Notes under the pieces: model-generated
The model's database searches: none
Told to the model about the DNA's origin: nothing
Seen by the model: the letters and a program-made list of their open reading frames with translations, nothing else
Program-made: the position numbers and the translations under genes
IMG/VR virus record: IMGVR_UViG_3300043758_000010
Span: 1 to 54,371 of that record
Origin: a virus
Lineage: Duplodnaviria; Caudoviricetes
Length of the DNA stretch: 54,371 bases
Reading direction: 5' to 3' (one strand)
Part shown: one piece after another, positions 17,154 to 26,131 of the stretch
Position numbering within the stretch: the first letter of the stretch is position 1
Layout of the letters: the number at the start of each line of letters is the position of its first letter

Positions 17154-17914
17154 GCGGCGTCTCCTTCGGTGTCGACGATCTCGGCGTCGGGGATGTCCTC
17201 GTCGGCTTGCTGGCGGGCGAGGTGGCGGGCGGACATGTCGCGGATGCGCTGTTCCTCGGCGGCCCGCTGGTCGGCGGTCTGCTCGGTGCGACCCTGTGCG
17301 GCCCTCAGCCGGGCGTTGTGGGGCTTGAGGCGGGGTTTCCCCAACGGCTGCTTGTCGGAGGCTCCCGGGGTCTTGCAGGGGCGTCCTATGGCGGCCTGGC
17401 AGGTCGGGCAGACGAGGCCGAGGGGGCCGGACCGCCGTACCTCGTCGATGAGTTCGGCTTCGACGGGGCGCGGGTCTTCGTCGACCATCCGGTTGCCCTG
17501 CCAGCCGCGGGCCTCCAGGCCGGCCATGAGCTCCCGGCTGGGCCCGCCTTTGAGGGCCAGGCGTCCGGTGGGTGCCGGGTACCGGCCGGAGGCGATGGCC
17601 TGGACCTGGCCGCGGTAGCGGGCGAGGTACTCAGCGGTCGACTCGTCGGCGATCGGCTCGTACTGGAAGTTCTCCAACCGAGCCGACCGGATCTTGGAGC
17701 GGAGGGTGCGGACGTGGTGGGGCAGGATCCAGAGCTTGGCGTCCGGGTCCTTCGGTGGCGTTGTGTAGTAGGCGGCAACGGCGGCCTTGGTGTCGGTATC
17801 CAGGGGCACGTCGTGGAGGGCCGAGGCCCAGGCGGTGGCAGCAGCGATGGAGTCCTTGCGGTTGTCGAAGGCGCTGCAGTGGCCGAGAAGCTCGGCGGCT
17901 TCGGAGCGGTTCAT
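17150..17914 (-). CDS. Putative helicase loader/inhibitor-like protein with C-terminal zinc finger
   Basis: MNRSEAAELL...FDNR...AW...L; CPTC...C...H..R; immediately after the initiator. Confidence 0.65.
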   Translation of the reverse strand: MNRSEAAELLGHCSAFDNRKDSIAAATAWASALHDVPLDTDTKAAVAAYYTTPPKDPDAKLWILPHHVRTLRSKIRSARLENFQYEPIADESTAEYLARYRGQVQAIASGRYPAPTGRLALKGGPSRELMAGLEARGWQGNRMVDEDPRPVEAELIDEVRRSGPLGLVCPTCQAAIGRPCKTPGASDKQPLGKPRLKPHNARLRAAQGRTEQTADQRAAEEQRIRDMSARHLARQQADEDIPDAEIVDTEGDAA

Positions 17915-18861
17915 GCGGAGTCCTCGGAGTCTTCGGCGGCTAGCTGGGCGGCGAGGGCTGCCCAGCCGGCGACCTTGGCGTCGGTACCGGTGAGGGTCTG
18001 GCCGCTGGGGAGCTGAATGACGTTGCCGCTCGCTACCTGCTGGCGGCGTTGGCTGGCGCGCTTGGCGTCGTCGCGAATCCACTTCTGCCAGGCGTCGGGC
18101 CAGGAGTGCCGTTGGGCGCCGGTGGAGCGGTAGTGGCTGACGAACTGGTCGGTCGAGTGCTCGATGTCGAGGCCGGGGTAGACGCCCGCGGCCCAGCGGC
18201 GCATCACGTCGGTGACCACGAATCCGGCGTCGTCGATTGGGGCGCTCGGCGCGAGCTCCCGGGGACCGTAGGTAGAAGACCCCACCCCAGCCATAGAGGT
18301 TGTTGGTGGTTCTTCTGGAGGTTGATTGGTGGTTAGGGCGGCACTGGGTGCGTTACATACGGACGCAGAATCCGTTACGTAACGCATTTGAAGTGCGTTA
18401 CTAACGGACGCAGGATCCGTTACATGGGTCTCGGTAACGGCGTTCGCGTCCGTTTCGGTAACGGACTCTGTGTCCGTTACATCACGGCTCTTGCGGTGCC
18501 GTCGAACGCGCTCCGCTGTAGCCGCCCGCTCTGCCTCCGTCGCCCGCTCGATCTCCTCCCAGTCACTTGCCGGGCGGACGGTCTTGATCGCGAGCTTCCA
18601 GCGGATCCGGTCCTGCACCGTGCCGTCCCGCTTGATGAGGGCTGCCAGTTCAAGGCGGCGTTGTGCCCGCTGGACGGTGCGCCGGTCGTACCCGGTGCGG
18701 TACTGGATCCGCTGCTCCGAGGGGTGGCAGTTCTTGCCCTGGGCGTTGGCGTGTTCGGCCATGGCCTGGAGGACGTGCCGTGCCGTGGTGTCGGGCTTCC
18801 CGGCCGGCGTGCGGAGCATGGGCGCGTCGTCCATGGCCCACTTCACGGCTTCGATGCTCAC
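17911..18861 (-). CDS. Phage replication initiator (N-terminal HTH)
   Basis: MSIEAVKWA...VLQAMAEHAN...HPS...RRTVQRA; C-terminal FVSHY...W...WQKWIR; internal DNA repeats. Confidence 0.8.
   Translation of the reverse strand: MSIEAVKWAMDDAPMLRTPAGKPDTTARHVLQAMAEHANAQGKNCHPSEQRIQYRTGYDRRTVQRAQRRLELAALIKRDGTVQDRIRWKLAIKTVRPASDWEEIERATEAERAATAERVRRHRKSRDVTDTESVTETDANAVTETHVTDPASVSNALQMRYVTDSASVCNAPSAALTTNQPPEEPPTTSMAGVGSSTYGPRELAPSAPIDDAGFVVTDVMRRWAAGVYPGLDIEHSTDQFVSHYRSTGAQRHSWPDAWQKWIRDDAKRASQRRQQVASGNVIQLPSGQTLTGTDAKVAGWAALAAQLAAEDSEDSA
18348..18483. repeat. Iteron-like repeats within the initiator gene (candidate replication origin)
   Basis: ACGGACGCAG(A/G)ATCCGTTAC twice plus several CGTTAC/GTAACG copies; locally AT-richer. 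Confidence 0.7.
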
Positions 18862-18897
18862 GGCGTCTTCTCTCTGGCTGGCTGGTGCGGGTAGGGG

Positions 18898-19314
18898 CTA
18901 GGCGGCGGAGCCGAAGATGGCGGTGTACTGCTGGCGCATGGGCTGGTCGCTGACGTGGTCGGGGTGGACGCAGCGGCGCTGTCCGCAGTCGGTCTTCACC
19001 AGGCCGACCGGCTCGCGCTGGTAGCGGATTCGGAAGGCGATACGGAGAGCGGAGCTGTGCTTGCCGCGATGCCCGGTGCGTACCTGCTTGTCGTCCGTGG
19101 GCCACAGGAGGTGGCCGTCCTCGCTGGCTTGGGCGAGCCGCCAGAACCGGTCTTCCGGAGGGCCGGCCGGGGCGGGGCCGGGCTTGTGCTTCGGGAGTCC
19201 GAGGTCGGCGCGGACGCGCTTCACGCGAGCGTGGCTGACGCGGAGGGTTCGCACGATGTGGGCGTCGGAGTGGCCGGCGAGGAGGAGTTCGCGGATGCTG
19301 GCCGTGGACGTCAT
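18898..19314 (-). CDS. HTH plus degenerate HNH/His-Cys-like domain protein
   Basis: GHSDAHIVRTLRVS HTH; CGQRRCVHPDH. Confidence 0.65.
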   Translation of the reverse strand: MTSTASIRELLLAGHSDAHIVRTLRVSHARVKRVRADLGLPKHKPGPAPAGPPEDRFWRLAQASEDGHLLWPTDDKQVRTGHRGKHSSALRIAFRIRYQREPVGLVKTDCGQRRCVHPDHVSDQPMRQQYTAIFGSAA

Positions 19315-19709
19315 GCCGCCGCCTCCATGTCCTTCTGCTGGGCGGCGTTGATGCGGCGCACCCGCCAGACGTGGTCGGGCGAGCAGCCGACGGTGGCGGC
19401 GACGACGGTGGCCTCGGTGCGGGGCATGGCGAGGATGCGCTCGCGGAGCTGAGCCGCCTTGTAGCTGCCGTGGTGTCCGGTGGCGTTGGCGGCGCGCTCG
19501 CGGGTGTCCTTGCCGGCCCAGACGCCGTACCGGTAGCTGTGCGAGAGACTGCCTTCGAGTTCGGAGGCCCGCGCGGCGCAGTGCTGGCGGACGGGGCACC
19601 AGCCGCAGATGGCCTTTGCTGCCTCGATGTCCTCCTCGTTCGTGGAAAACCACAGGTCAGGGTCGAAGGCGGTGCAGCTTGCTTCATTGGTCCATTCGTG
19701 GCTGGTCAC
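19311..19709 (-). CDS. WhiB-family transcription factor with C-terminal HTH extension
   Basis: C...DPDLWF...AKAICGWCPVRQHC...YGVWAG...ER. Confidence 0.92.
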   Translation of the reverse strand: MTSHEWTNEASCTAFDPDLWFSTNEEDIEAAKAICGWCPVRQHCAARASELEGSLSHSYRYGVWAGKDTRERAANATGHHGSYKAAQLRERILAMPRTEATVVAATVGCSPDHVWRVRRINAAQQKDMEAAA

Positions 19710-19984
19710 TGGTCTTCCTCCGTCCGGCGGGTCTGGTGGGGGATCTTGCGGTGGGGTGAGAGCTGCAGCCAGGCTTCGAGCTGGGCGATCTCCCGCTGTC
19801 GGCGGGCGGTCTCAACGTCGGCGGCGACCTCAGCGGCGCGGGCCTGCCACTGGGCGAGCTCGGCCCGTTCGGCGCGGCGGGCCCGGAGGTGCCGATCGAG
19901 GAGCCAGCAGAGGGTCCGGTAGGCGGCGATGACGGCCACGCAGATCACGGTGACGGTGGCAGCGGCGGCCTCGGCGGGGCTCAT
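19706..19984 (-). CDS. Membrane-anchored hypothetical protein
   Basis: N-terminal hydrophobic stretch, coupled. Confidence 0.55.
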   Translation of the reverse strand: MSPAEAAAATVTVICVAVIAAYRTLCWLLDRHLRARRAERAELAQWQARAAEVAADVETARRQREIAQLEAWLQLSPHRKIPHQTRRTEEDQ

Positions 19985-20322
19985 GCGGCCCTCCGGGCGG
20001 CCGGGGTGCCCTTCCAGGTGCGGACCCCGGAGTGGTGCACGGTCGGCCGGGAGGAGCAGGCCCAGCCCGCGGTGCGGATGTAGCCGGCGTCCTTCAGGAG
20101 GGTCGCGAGGCGTCCCCAGTGGTGGGCGCTGTCGGGCGGCTCGGGGAGGCGGTGCTCGTCGGCTATCTCGAAGATCGTGAACACACGGTTGGTGGCGGCG
20201 GTGGCGACGTAGACGGGTTCGACCTCGGCGTACCAGGTCTCGAAGTCCTCGGCGCGGCGCCGGGCGGGCTTGGGGGTGGGGAGGGTGCCGTCGAGGTGGG
20301 GCTGCACGGGCACGGCGGTCAT
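19981..20322 (-). CDS. Hypothetical protein (possible winged helix)
   Basis: 113 aa, GGAGG RBS. Confidence 0.65.
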   Translation of the reverse strand: MTAVPVQPHLDGTLPTPKPARRRAEDFETWYAEVEPVYVATAATNRVFTIFEIADEHRLPEPPDSAHHWGRLATLLKDAGYIRTAGWACSSRPTVHHSGVRTWKGTPAARRAA

Positions 20323-20344
20323 GACTGCCTCCGAGAGGTTCGGG

Positions 20345-20677
20345 CTAGATGCTGTTGACCAGGTCGTCGGCGGCCTTCTCGTCAGCGTCTGCGGCGGCGT
20401 TCCAGCAGCTCATGCACAGGAAGCGGACGGGCGGCTCGTAGTCGAAGTCGTGCCAGGGGCGGCCGGGCGCCTGGAAGCGGAAGAGGCGGCGCCGGTGGTT
20501 GCAGTCCGGGCAGTCACCGTCGTGGGAGGTGCCGAGGATCAGCGCGTGCTTCTGCCGCTGGAGCTCCTTCTGGGAGTCCTCCCAGGTGATGCCGCAGCGG
20601 ATGCAGTCGCTGGGGTGGAAGAGCGAGCCTCCGGGGGCGACGAGGGAGAAGCGGTGCTTGCAGAGCGAGACGGTCAT
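20345..20677 (-). CDS. Cys-rich hypothetical protein
   Basis: Three CxxC motifs. Confidence 0.6.
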   Translation of the reverse strand: MTVSLCKHRFSLVAPGGSLFHPSDCIRCGITWEDSQKELQRQKHALILGTSHDGDCPDCNHRRRLFRFQAPGRPWHDFDYEPPVRFLCMSCWNAAADADEKAADDLVNSI

Positions 20678-20753
20678 GACGGGTGTCCTCTCGGTGTGGT
20701 CTGCTTGGGGTGGGGCGCCGCAGGTTCGGGCCGCGGCGCCCCGAGTACTGCTG

Positions 20754-21371
20754 TCAGGGCTGGTGCTCGGTGCAGTCCTCGCACCGGCCGTTGGCGTCCC
20801 ACGGGCCGTGGGGGTCGGGGCAGGGCGGGCACCGGTCCGGTTCACTGGCGGTCAGCTGGGGAAGGGCCACGTTGAGCAGCTGGCCGGCCTGCCAGGCGGC
20901 AGCGACGGCTGCCTTGCCGGTCTTGCCGAATCGCACGGAGTGGCTGCGGGCCCGGGTGGCCCGGATCTCGACGCCGGGGACGGTGTCGACGACACCGGTC
21001 TCCTTGTCGCAGATCTCCGGCCGGCCCGCAGCGGTCATCTGGGCGAGGAGCGCGGCTCGGTAGGCGGGCCGGACCTCGGTGACGACCTCGACCCGGCGGA
21101 CAACCTCCGTGGCGGCGGTCTCCCGCACCCACGCGAGGAACGCGTCCGGGTCAGTGACGACGGCCTCCGGCTTCGGGTCGGTGAGGGAGATCTTCGCGAC
21201 CTCGGTCCCGTCGGGCAGGAGCGCGGAGACCTGGCGGACGCTGCGGACCTCGTCGAGGGCAGCCTGCATGTCCGCCTTCACGCCCTTCAGCCGGTCGCCC
21301 ACCGCGTCCAGCAGGGCCTTCAGGACGGCCTCCTCCGAGGCGAGCTGAGAGAGCTTCTCCAGGTCGCTCAT
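20754..21371 (-). CDS. Hypothetical protein adjacent to the recombinase
   Basis: 205 aa, coupled to RecT-like gene. Confidence 0.7.
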   Translation of the reverse strand: MSDLEKLSQLASEEAVLKALLDAVGDRLKGVKADMQAALDEVRSVRQVSALLPDGTEVAKISLTDPKPEAVVTDPDAFLAWVRETAATEVVRRVEVVTEVRPAYRAALLAQMTAAGRPEICDKETGVVDTVPGVEIRATRARSHSVRFGKTGKAAVAAAWQAGQLLNVALPQLTASEPDRCPPCPDPHGPWDANGRCEDCTEHQP

Positions 21372-22393
21372 GCAGCACCGCCGAGGAGCTGGTTCATCTC
21401 GGTGAGCTGGTCGATGCCGGCCTCGGCGATGGTGATGCCGTAGGACTGGGCGAAGTCGGCGTCGAGGGTGTCGAGGCCGACGCGGGCGGCGGTCGCGCGG
21501 AGCCGCTGCTCGGCGACAGCCACCAGGTCGTCCACGATCTCGGCGTCCACCACCACGTCGCCAGCGGGCTGGGCGGGCGGAGCCACGTCCGGCAGGGTGG
21601 CACCGAGCCGCTTCAGGTAGGCGCCCAACTCGTCGGGTCGCTCGGTGTCGGGGGCCAGGATCTTCGTGTCGAGAAGGCGGGCATGCGCCGCCTTCGTCCA
21701 GATGGCGTTGATGTGGTCCTTGCCCCTGGCCTCCTTCGCCGCCGCGTCCGCGTGGCCCTGACCGGCCGGGTGGGCGGTGAATGTCTCAGGGGCCGTGGGG
21801 ACGGCCCACTGGTCCGGCTCGCCCGGCTGGACCCGGCGCAGCTGCGTTACCTCGGCGTCGACCGGGACGCCTTCGGCATCCACGTTTACGTCGAGTTCCT
21901 CCGGCGTGTAGTGCAGGCCGAAGAGGACTTCCTCGCAGGCGTCCCGGGCCACCTCGGTGATCGCGCGGGCCTTGAGCATGGCCTGCGGGTACTTCTTCCA
22001 CACCTCCTTGTTGGCCAGCCCCGCGTTGCGGGCCCGGTCCATGTCCCACTCGGCGCGGAACTCGAAGTCGGGGTCGTCAGACCGGATGATCGAGGCGACT
22101 GCCTTGCCGTTCTCGGTGCGGACACGGAGCTTGTGACCGGCCTGCCGCACGAGTCCGGAGATGAGGGCGGCGGAAGCGGACGGCTTGCCTTCGATGACGT
22201 GGATGCCGGTGATCGCGGCGAGTGGGGTGATGCCGAGGGTGCGGCCGTACTCCATGGCGTACAGCACGTTCGCGGGCTGCTTGCGGTACTGGCTGGGGAG
22301 GAGGTTGGCGTTGGCGAGGTGCTCGGCGTAGCGGACCATGTCCGGGAGGGAGGCTCCCGAGAGGGAGCTGTGCTTGACGAGTTCGGTGCTCAC
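21368..22393 (-). CDS. RecT-like ssDNA-annealing recombinase
   Basis: LLPSQYRKQPANV...GIHVIEGKP...WKKYPQAMLKARAITEVAR...GLHYTPEEL. Confidence 0.8.
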   Translation of the reverse strand: MSTELVKHSSLSGASLPDMVRYAEHLANANLLPSQYRKQPANVLYAMEYGRTLGITPLAAITGIHVIEGKPSASAALISGLVRQAGHKLRVRTENGKAVASIIRSDDPDFEFRAEWDMDRARNAGLANKEVWKKYPQAMLKARAITEVARDACEEVLFGLHYTPEELDVNVDAEGVPVDAEVTQLRRVQPGEPDQWAVPTAPETFTAHPAGQGHADAAAKEARGKDHINAIWTKAAHARLLDTKILAPDTERPDELGAYLKRLGATLPDVAPPAQPAGDVVVDAEIVDDLVAVAEQRLRATAARVGLDTLDADFAQSYGITIAEAGIDQLTEMNQLLGGAA

Positions 22394-22616
22394 GTTCCCT
22401 GCCTGAGGGTGTGTTGGGGTAGGGCCCTGGCGGTGCAGGGCCCTGTGGTGGGTGGTTGAGCGCCGGGGCGACCGGTCGAGGCACGGCCGGCCCGGCGAGA
22501 TCAGCGGCCGATGCGGCCGGGGAGCGGCGCCTGCCACAGCGGCATGACGCGGATGGTGCGGGCGGGCGGGGTGGCGTTAGCCGGACGGCTGCCTTCCCCG
22601 CGGGGTATCGGGCCGC

Positions 22617-23084
22617 TCACCAGGGCTGGTTCTTGTGCTCACCGGCCGCCGCGGAGCGGACGTCGGACACCCACTCGGGTACGGGCAGCGGGTTCTCCCA
22701 GCGGATGGCTTGCTTCTCCGCGTTCCGGCACACCTCAAACACGGCGTTCAGGCAGCGGTGCAGGTAGGCCATCTCGTCGGCCACGGTCGGCTCCTTACCG
22801 ACGTAGCGTTCGAGCGTGGCCTCCAGCTCGGCCACCCGGGCGACCAGCGTAGGCACTGCGTCGTGTGCGTCCGTGATGAAGAGGGCGATGGGTCCCGCCC
22901 AGTCCGGGAGTTCCGCGAGCACCGTGCCCGACTCGTGGTGCTTGACGACGTAGTAGCTCGGCTCGTCAGGGGTGCTGACGACGTACTCGGTACGCCATTC
23001 GCCGCTGTACCAGTCACCCGGGTGTGACTCCGCGATCTCGTCGAGACGGTCCTGCGGCAGTGTGGGTTCGGCGATCTCGGTCAC
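22617..23084 (-). CDS. Hypothetical protein
   Basis: GTG start with GGAGG RBS. Confidence 0.65.
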   Translation of the reverse strand: MTEIAEPTLPQDRLDEIAESHPGDWYSGEWRTEYVVSTPDEPSYYVVKHHESGTVLAELPDWAGPIALFITDAHDAVPTLVARVAELEATLERYVGKEPTVADEMAYLHRCLNAVFEVCRNAEKQAIRWENPLPVPEWVSDVRSAAAGEHKNQPW

Positions 23085-23172
23085 GTGGTCCTCCAAGCTC
23101 GACGCCCCCACAGCAGGAGGCAGATGGATACGGCGCCCGCGAGGGCATCCAGGGCGGCGGCGCGGCGGAGGC

Positions 23173-23373
23173 TCACGGCCGGTCTCCCAGTAGGTCGTCC
23201 GGGATCTCGAGGAAGCCCTCGAGTACCGACTGGCGCACCGCCGGATCCGTGATCCAGTCCGGCACCCCGTCCGACGCCAGGCCCAGGCCCCGCAGCAGCG
23301 CCGGAGCCACCAGCACGGCCGGCAGGTCAGACAGCAGGTCCGACATCACCGTCTCGGTACGGCGGGCGGTCAT
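23173..23373 (-). CDS. Hypothetical protein
   Basis: Coupled small ORF. Confidence 0.5.
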   Translation of the reverse strand: MTARRTETVMSDLLSDLPAVLVAPALLRGLGLASDGVPDWITDPAVRQSVLEGFLEIPDDLLGDRP

Positions 23374-23585
23374 CGGGCCACCGCCTTCGCGCCGACAGCC
23401 AGCTTCCGCAGCGCCCGCATGTTCGCGTCGACCCGCCGCACGTGGCAGCCCACGCACAGGCAGCCGCCGCTGTGCTTCCGGGCAGCCGCGGACCGCATGC
23501 CCGCCAGCGCCCAGATCAGGTCCGACTCCTCCGCTGGCGACAGGCGCGCGGTCGAGGCCCAAGCCGAATCCCAGACGGTGTTCAT
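23370..23585 (-). CDS. Hypothetical protein
   Basis: Coupled; CLCVGC. Confidence 0.55.
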   Translation of the reverse strand: MNTVWDSAWASTARLSPAEESDLIWALAGMRSAAARKHSGGCLCVGCHVRRVDANMRALRKLAVGAKAVAR

Positions 23586-23794
23586 GCGGCACGCTCCAGG
23601 TCCGCCGACTCCTGAAAGTCGGCCTCCGCCAGCAGCACCGCCGCCATCGCCCGCAGGGCCTCCGGGGACGACGAGTCGGTGTGCAAGGTGACCGGCCCCA
23701 GGCGCAGCCACGAGTAGAGGCCCTGCCGTTCAGTCCGGATCTCGGCCGGGTCGTCCGTCAGGTGCACCGACAAGGTGCCGACGATCGTGCTCAC
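23582..23794 (-). CDS. Hypothetical protein
   Basis: Coupled small ORF. Confidence 0.55.
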   Translation of the reverse strand: MSTIVGTLSVHLTDDPAEIRTERQGLYSWLRLGPVTLHTDSSSPEALRAMAAVLLAEADFQESADLERAA

Positions 23795-24036
23795 GACGTC
23801 ACCGCCGTCTGGGCCTTCGCGACACCCGCGTACCGGTACAGCCCACGGGAGAACGCCGTCAGCAGGATCCGCTCCGCCTTCCGGCCCCGCGGGTGGGCGA
23901 CAACGCTTCCGTCCGGACGGACCGCAACCGGGCACGTCACCACGTGGCTGCCGTCGACACCGACTACGAGCACGTAGCCACCCAGGTCGGTCAGCCAGAC
24001 GTCGCCCGGGAGAGGCTTGAGGGGCTGGGTCTTCAC
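23791..24036 (-). CDS. Small beta-rich protein (PGDVW type)
   Basis: PLPGDVWLTD...VLVVGVDG...YRYAG. Confidence 0.55.
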   Translation of the reverse strand: MKTQPLKPLPGDVWLTDLGGYVLVVGVDGSHVVTCPVAVRPDGSVVAHPRGRKAERILLTAFSRGLYRYAGVAKAQTAVTS

Positions 24037-24233
24037 GACTGGCCTCCGGACTGCAGGTACGGGTAAGGGCAGGCGCCGGCAAAGGGGCACGCGCTGTCGG
24101 CGTTGAGGTCCAGGAGATGGTGCCGCTGCTCGGCGAGTTCCCCAGCGTGAAGCCGGTTGGCTGCCGTCCGCTTCATCGCCAGCATCTGCAGGTCCGCGTC
24201 CAGGCGGGTGATGTCGGGCGTCGGGGTGCTCAT
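24033..24233 (-). CDS. Hypothetical protein
   Basis: Coupled; LAEQRHHLLD. Confidence 0.55.
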   Translation of the reverse strand: MSTPTPDITRLDADLQMLAMKRTAANRLHAGELAEQRHHLLDLNADSACPFAGACPYPYLQSGGQS

Positions 24234-24424
24234 CGGGCACCACCGGCGGCCGGCGTGTTGATGCAGCCGATGCACTGCTCGTCCTCGCACTCGTCGTGGT
24301 GGAGGATCATCCACAGTGCATGCGCGTCCAGAGCAGCCACCAGGTCACGGTCGGCCGGGCTCAGGAGGGCAGACGCGTCAGCGGGGTTGGTGGGGGCCGG
24401 ATCACCGGCCATGATGTTGTCCAT
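24230..24424 (-). CDS. Hypothetical protein
   Basis: MDNIMAGD... Confidence 0.45.
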   Translation of the reverse strand: MDNIMAGDPAPTNPADASALLSPADRDLVAALDAHALWMILHHDECEDEQCIGCINTPAAGGAR

Positions 24425-24525
24425 CGGGATCTCGCTCTCTCCGCACGGACTGGTGCGGGTGAGGTGGGATTGCGGTAGGCCCTGCTGCCGGAGGTGAAGG
24501 CCCGGTAGTGGGGCCGTTTGCCGCT

Positions 24526-24822
24526 CTAGGCGGCGAGCGGGGCGACTGCGGTGCGTTCGTTCTCGCGGCGGATGTCCTCTGCGGTGAAGGTGATTCGGCC
24601 ACCGTCGAGGTGGCACCACACCTGCCGCCGGTTGCACTTCCGCTTGAGCACACGGACGCTCCGGTAGGGCAGCAGCTGGAGGGCCACGACCTCCTCGGGC
24701 GTCCAGCGGACGAGTTCCTGCTCGGCGTCCGCCTTCTTCTTCAGAGCGGCCGCATGGTTGTCCTGCTGAGCCGGCTTGCGGCGCCGCTTGACCGGGGGCG
24801 TGTCGGGGGCCTCGACGGTCAC
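24526..24822 (-). CDS. Excisionase/RDF-like winged-helix protein
   Basis: WTPEEVV...SVRVLKRKC...GGRITFTAEDI; follows the cro-like gene. Confidence 0.75.
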   Translation of the reverse strand: MTVEAPDTPPVKRRRKPAQQDNHAAALKKKADAEQELVRWTPEEVVALQLLPYRSVRVLKRKCNRRQVWCHLDGGRITFTAEDIRRENERTAVAPLAA

Positions 24823-25028
24823 GTCTTCTCCTTGTGGGTAATGGCTTCCGTGGGTACACGGAGGGCGTCGGCGATCTTTTGGACTGAGGGATCCGCCACA
24901 TGCCGGATCTGTCCTCGCTCGATGCGCGAGAGGTATCCGCGGTCCAATCCGGTGATGCGTTCGAGCAGGCGGAGGCTCATCTCCTGAGCCTCCCGTATGG
25001 CCCGTTGTGCCGGTCCGTTCGGTCTCAC
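24819..25028 (-). CDS. Cro-like XRE regulator
   Basis: IREAQEMSLRLLERITGLDRGYLSRIERG...IADALRV. Confidence 0.85.
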   Translation of the reverse strand: MRPNGPAQRAIREAQEMSLRLLERITGLDRGYLSRIERGQIRHVADPSVQKIADALRVPTEAITHKEKT

Positions 25029-25029
25029 G

Positions 25030-25242
25030 CTCAAAAAGTACGCCTTCTTCAGCTCGATGCGCAAGCACTCTGGCGACACTCGCAGCTCACTTTGAGAGCG
25101 CGACACTGCGTGACAGGCGCACACGGGGAGCACGCGCGGAGCGCAGGATGCAACCAAGAACGGCCGAAATGCTTACTAAGCAGCAGGTCAAGGCGCGGGA
25201 AGTAGGCTTCTTGGTTGCATGCGGTTGGGGCATCATGTGCCT
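25030..25242. promoter_or_regulatory. Lysis/lysogeny switch region
   Basis: 13-bp inverted repeat ATGCAACCAAGAA 25148-25160 / TTCTTGGTTGCAT 25208-25220; CACT at 25066, 25077, 25088. Confidence 0.7.
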
Positions 25243-25764
25243 ATGGACCGCGACTGGGCACGGCTAGGGAAGGCACTCCAGGCCGCCCGAAAGGCCTCCG
25301 GAGTCACACAAGAGCAGCTCGCCGACGAGCTAGGGGTAGGACGCTCGGCCGTCCAGCTCATCGAACGCGGCAAGGAGTTCAGCAAGCCATCGCAGACCCA
25401 GCGTGCGTTTGCGCGCCGTGTCGGGTGGGCCGACGGCTCGATCGAGGCCGTACTGGCCGGCGGCGAACCGGTCGTCAAGCCAGCCGCCACTTCTCCGCCG
25501 AGTCCGGAGGACGCCCTCTCGGACAGTCGGCTTCCCCTGCGGATCGTTGACGAGCTTGCCGACGATGGCGCTCTGCTGGACACGACGGTCGTCCCCCTTG
25601 GTGACGACGCCCGCATGGTTGTCGTGGTCAAGGGCAAGCCCGGTGCCAGCGCGGCCGAACTCCGACGAAACCTCGAGAAGTGGCGCGCCGCCTATCAGCA
25701 CCTGCTCGAAGCCGTTGAGGTAGAACGCGGCGGCGAAGATGACCCCGCCGCAAATCAGGCGTAG
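25243..25764 (+). CDS. CI-like immunity repressor (XRE HTH)
   Basis: LQAARKASGVTQEQLADELGVGRSAVQLIERG; divergent from cro, upstream of int. Confidence 0.88.
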   Translation: MDRDWARLGKALQAARKASGVTQEQLADELGVGRSAVQLIERGKEFSKPSQTQRAFARRVGWADGSIEAVLAGGEPVVKPAATSPPSPEDALSDSRLPLRIVDELADDGALLDTTVVPLGDDARMVVVVKGKPGASAAELRRNLEKWRAAYQHLLEAVEVERGGEDDPAANQA

Positions 25765-25869
25765 TTCACCACTGGACAACTTGCGGCCGCCCCCTCCCAA
25801 CTGACCCGCTGATGTGGTTCGATAACAGAACGTCGACCATGGGGCCACCAAGAGGACGAGGGGTGGCCG

Positions 25870-26106
25870 ATGTGTGTCCACGTTTTCCGGGTTCCTGGCA
25901 AGATGCCGAACGGCACCCTCGTATGGGTTGACCGGCAACTCTTGCATACCTGTGTTCTGGTTGATCCCTCTCTCTTCTGCGAGGGTCGCCTCACGGACGG
26001 AGCGGTCACCGCGATCGACGCAGCTCTGGCCATCCACGTACCCGGGCTCACCCTGCGGTCGGCCCCGAGCTGCGAGCGTCCTCTCCTGCGCGCCGTGGCC
26101 GGCTGA
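25870..26106 (+). CDS. Hypothetical protein between repressor and integrase
   Basis: 78 aa with GAGGGG RBS. Confidence 0.55.
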   Translation: MCVHVFRVPGKMPNGTLVWVDRQLLHTCVLVDPSLFCEGRLTDGAVTAIDAALAIHVPGLTLRSAPSCERPLLRAVAG

Positions 26107-26131
26107 CAGCCCGCCGACGCGAGAGGTCCTC

